From an uncultured delta proteobacterium (GTDB lineage: Bacteria; Myxococcota_A; Polyangia; Polyangiales; Polyangiaceae), in the NCBI GenBank assembly GCA_963841435.1, contig CAWJCS010000005.1, positions 768,001 to 832,000 of the forward strand: a DNA stretch of 64,000 nucleotides, in the 5' to 3' direction. Position numbers and translations under genes: made by a program. Positions 61,712 to 64,000 of this stretch are shown piece after piece. Position 1 is the stretch's first letter, and every line of letters begins with the position of its first letter. The notes beneath the pieces are model-generated. The model was given only the letters and a program-made list of their open reading frames with translations. It did not search any database and was not told where the DNA came from.

Positions 61712-61769
61712 CGGGACGCTCGTGGCATTGAGACTTCTCTGTCCGTCCAACGTACCAGGGCCTTCTCCG

Positions 61770-61860
61770 ACACCCGGCACGAAGAACACGCCGTATGGGA
61801 AACGACGCATCAGCGCGCGCCGGACATCGAGGAAATCGTGGCCAAGCTCCGAACTAGCGG
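61770..61860 (-). pseudogene. ParE/RelE toxin relic with internal deletion
   Basis: ELGHDFLD joined directly to VRRALMRRFPYGVFF. Confidence 0.5.
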
Positions 61861-61864
61861 CGTC

Positions 61865-62020
61865 TCCGACCCATCCTTTTTCGGAGCTGCTGGCGAAGCA
61901 CGACGAAAAGCGAGGCGTAAGCCAGAGCGTTGGCGAAGAACGCGGCCCTCATCAGCCAACCGTAGGGCCCGAGCGCCCACTCGCTGATGGTGTGCCAGGA
62001 GGGGATCGAGGTCGGGTCGC
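61865..62020 (-). pseudogene. DUF998-like membrane protein fragment
   Basis: SWHTISEWALGPYGWLMRAAF; no intact start or C-terminus. Confidence 0.5.
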
Positions 62021-62101
62021 AGCGGAATCTCGGTGCCCAGCGCCTAGGGAAATCGAACTGGGAAAAGTGCCGTTGCGTGCTGAGATCCACGTCGTGGGTG
62101 C

Positions 62102-63309
62102 ATGACAGCGCGTCGTTGGTCGGGACCGTTGCGGGTTGCCCTCGGCGGCGTTGCATGCCTGGTGGCTGCCTCTTGCGCCGGCAAGAGCGTCTTCTCATCG
62201 CGCGGCACGGGCGCCCACGGCACGGGCGGCAGCGCGATGGGCGGAGCCACGGCCACGGGCGGAACGAGCAGCGGCGGAGGTAATCAGGGAGGAGGGAGCG
62301 GCGTGACGGCGTTCGGCGGAACGGGCGCGACCGGGGCCGTCGCTGGGAGTTTCGTCACCGATGGCGGCGAGACCTTCTGGGGTGGCAGCGCCGGTGTCAC
62401 GACCGGCGGCGCGGGGAGCGCCGCCGCAGGCGCTAGTGGGGCGACGGGAGGGAGCGCGGGCAGCTGGGGCACCGCCGGCGCGGAGCCGTTCGGCGGCGGC
62501 GCCGGCCTCGGGGAGGGTGGGAGCGGCACCCATGATGAATGCACGGGACCGCTCAGGGACGGCGTGGCGGCGTATGCCGATCGGCACCTCGAGCGGCTAC
62601 GCGGCGTCACCGAGCTCGACGGACCGCTCGAGATCCACGACGGGCTCGCGAGCTGGAGGGGTTGCGCAATCTGTCCGAGGCCCATGGGATCGCAATCGGC
62701 CAATGTCCGGCGCTCACCGCTCTCCACGGCCTGGAAGACGTGGTGTCCGTCGAAGAGCTCTGGCTACAACGGCTCCCAATCCGCGATCTGCACGGGCTCG
62801 ACGGGCTCCGGACCATTTCGGACTCGCTCGGGATTCAGGCAAACGAGAAGCTCGAGACCCTCGCGGGTCTCGAGAGCGTGAGCGGCGCTTTCTCGATCAC
62901 GATCGGCGACAATCCGCTTCTTTACGATATCTCGGCCCTGAAGCAGGTGACAGAGGCGGCTCAGCTGGCGGTTGCGGGAAACGATGCGCTCACGAGCCTT
63001 TCCGGGCTCGACGGTCTGACGTCGGTCCGGGGCTTGTCCATCGAACAGAATGCCTCGCTCCGGACGCTGAGCGGGCTCGACGGGATCGCGAGCGTACAAG
63101 AGGAGTTTTTGGTCGCGGACAATCCGCTGCTCGCCAGCCTGCACGGGCTCGATGGCGTCAGAAGGGTCGACGGCTCGTTTGGGATCCGGTCCAATCAGAG
63201 CCTCCCGACCTGCGAGGCCGTGCGCCTGCGCGATCGAATCGGCGCCGCCAACATCGGCGGCGACATCGAGATCGCCGGCAACGACGACGGCGGCGTCTGC
63301 CCGCCGTAG
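62102..63309 (+). CDS. Lipoprotein with Gly-rich linker and receptor-L/leucine-rich repeats (frameshift near 62653)
   Basis: Lipobox AASC; repeats N..L.SL.GL.GL..V; C-terminal LPTCEA. Confidence 0.78.
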
Positions 63310-63488
63310 CGGTTCGTTGCGACTGAAGCCCGCGCTCGGCCGAGACCACGCAACGCGCTTCCAGAACGTGGCGGCTCTGGTTGCGCCACATCGCCAATTC
63401 CAGCATAGCTGCAAATTGTGCCGCACTGAACCCTCGCCGCCCTCCAGGTGAGGCGTTCACGGTGACCGTGACCGGTGGTTGTGTTTGT

Positions 63489-63570
63489 GGCCACAACCTC
63501 CTCTTCATCGGTCCGCCTGGCAGCGGCAAAACGCTGCTCGCGCGCATGATGCCCGGCATCTTCCCGCTCG
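63489..63570 (+). pseudogene. comM: Short comM/YifB Mg-chelatase-family relic (Walker A region)
   Basis: [26 protein letters not shown] with no flanking comM sequence. Confidence 0.7.
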
Positions 63571-63877
63571 GCGCCGACTCCTACTGCCGTGGGGGCTGGC
63601 GGACGGTGACTATCGACGAAGTGTTTCGGCGCTTACCATAGGTAGTTTGGCGACGCTGGTCCGTCGGCCGCCGAGCCAGGCCCGCGCGAGGCGCGCGGAG
63701 CCAAGCCTCCTTGCTCGGCAGCTCGAGCCCGGCGATCGGCTCGCCGTCCTCGCCCGCGAACGTTCGCGTCGCGAGCCGACAGAGAGCAGCCGCTTGAGCT
63801 GCTTGCCAGGCTCGCCCCTCAGGTCACATTTCCGCGCGCGAAGATCAGCGTCCGCAGGGGCGGCCCGCTATGGCCCG

Positions 63878-64000
63878 TCACCGCTGGTCGTAGGCCATGC
63901 ACCGCGCGGCACCGATGGCGTTGGCGGTGGCCGCCAGGAAGAATTGCGTTCCTTTCGTCGAGATGGAGACCTTGTCCGACGAAGTGTTGAGATCGCCGCT
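63878..64000 (-). CDS. 3' end of a CDS running off the window
   Basis: Open frame SGDLNTSSDKVSISTKGTQFFLAATANAIGAARCMAYDQR-stop. Confidence 0.45.
   Translation of the reverse strand, partial: SGDLNTSSDKVSISTKGTQFFLAATANAIGAARCMAYDQR

Noticed and set aside
39900-63600. Integron cassette array
   Set aside because: Mixed gene orientation, no recurring attC-like repeat seen, no integrase in the window

Overview
Very GC-rich (roughly 70% by eye) bacterial DNA. Gene content points to a myxobacterium of the Polyangiales/Sorangium type (inference): Gly-rich linker lipoproteins, GYF_2-type domain, membrane Ser/Thr kinase, PP2C phosphatases, ECF sigma factor. About 1-39 kb is mostly core or conserved: cobA-hemD, ABC exporter pair, Omp85, mutM, rpiA, RND pump, GH2, hflKC, mscS. 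About 40-64 kb is a patchwork around ppdK and trpS, with four type II toxin-antitoxin operons (each with its own palindromic operator), several orphan lipoproteins, methyltransferases, an unusual GAF-GGDEF-sugar-binding fusion and short gene relics (ParE, DUF998, comM). I found no rRNA, tRNA, CRISPR array, integrase or transposase. Two window-wide patterns matter for interpretation. (1) About seven single-base frameshifts suggest an error-prone long-read consensus. (2) GTCGAC repeatedly appears as GTCAAC or GTTGAC, turning conserved Asp residues into Asn (two PIN toxins, RND proton relay, RpiA); this is most simply the footprint of a host DNA modification at GTCGAC. All family calls come from my own motif recognition; no database searches were run.
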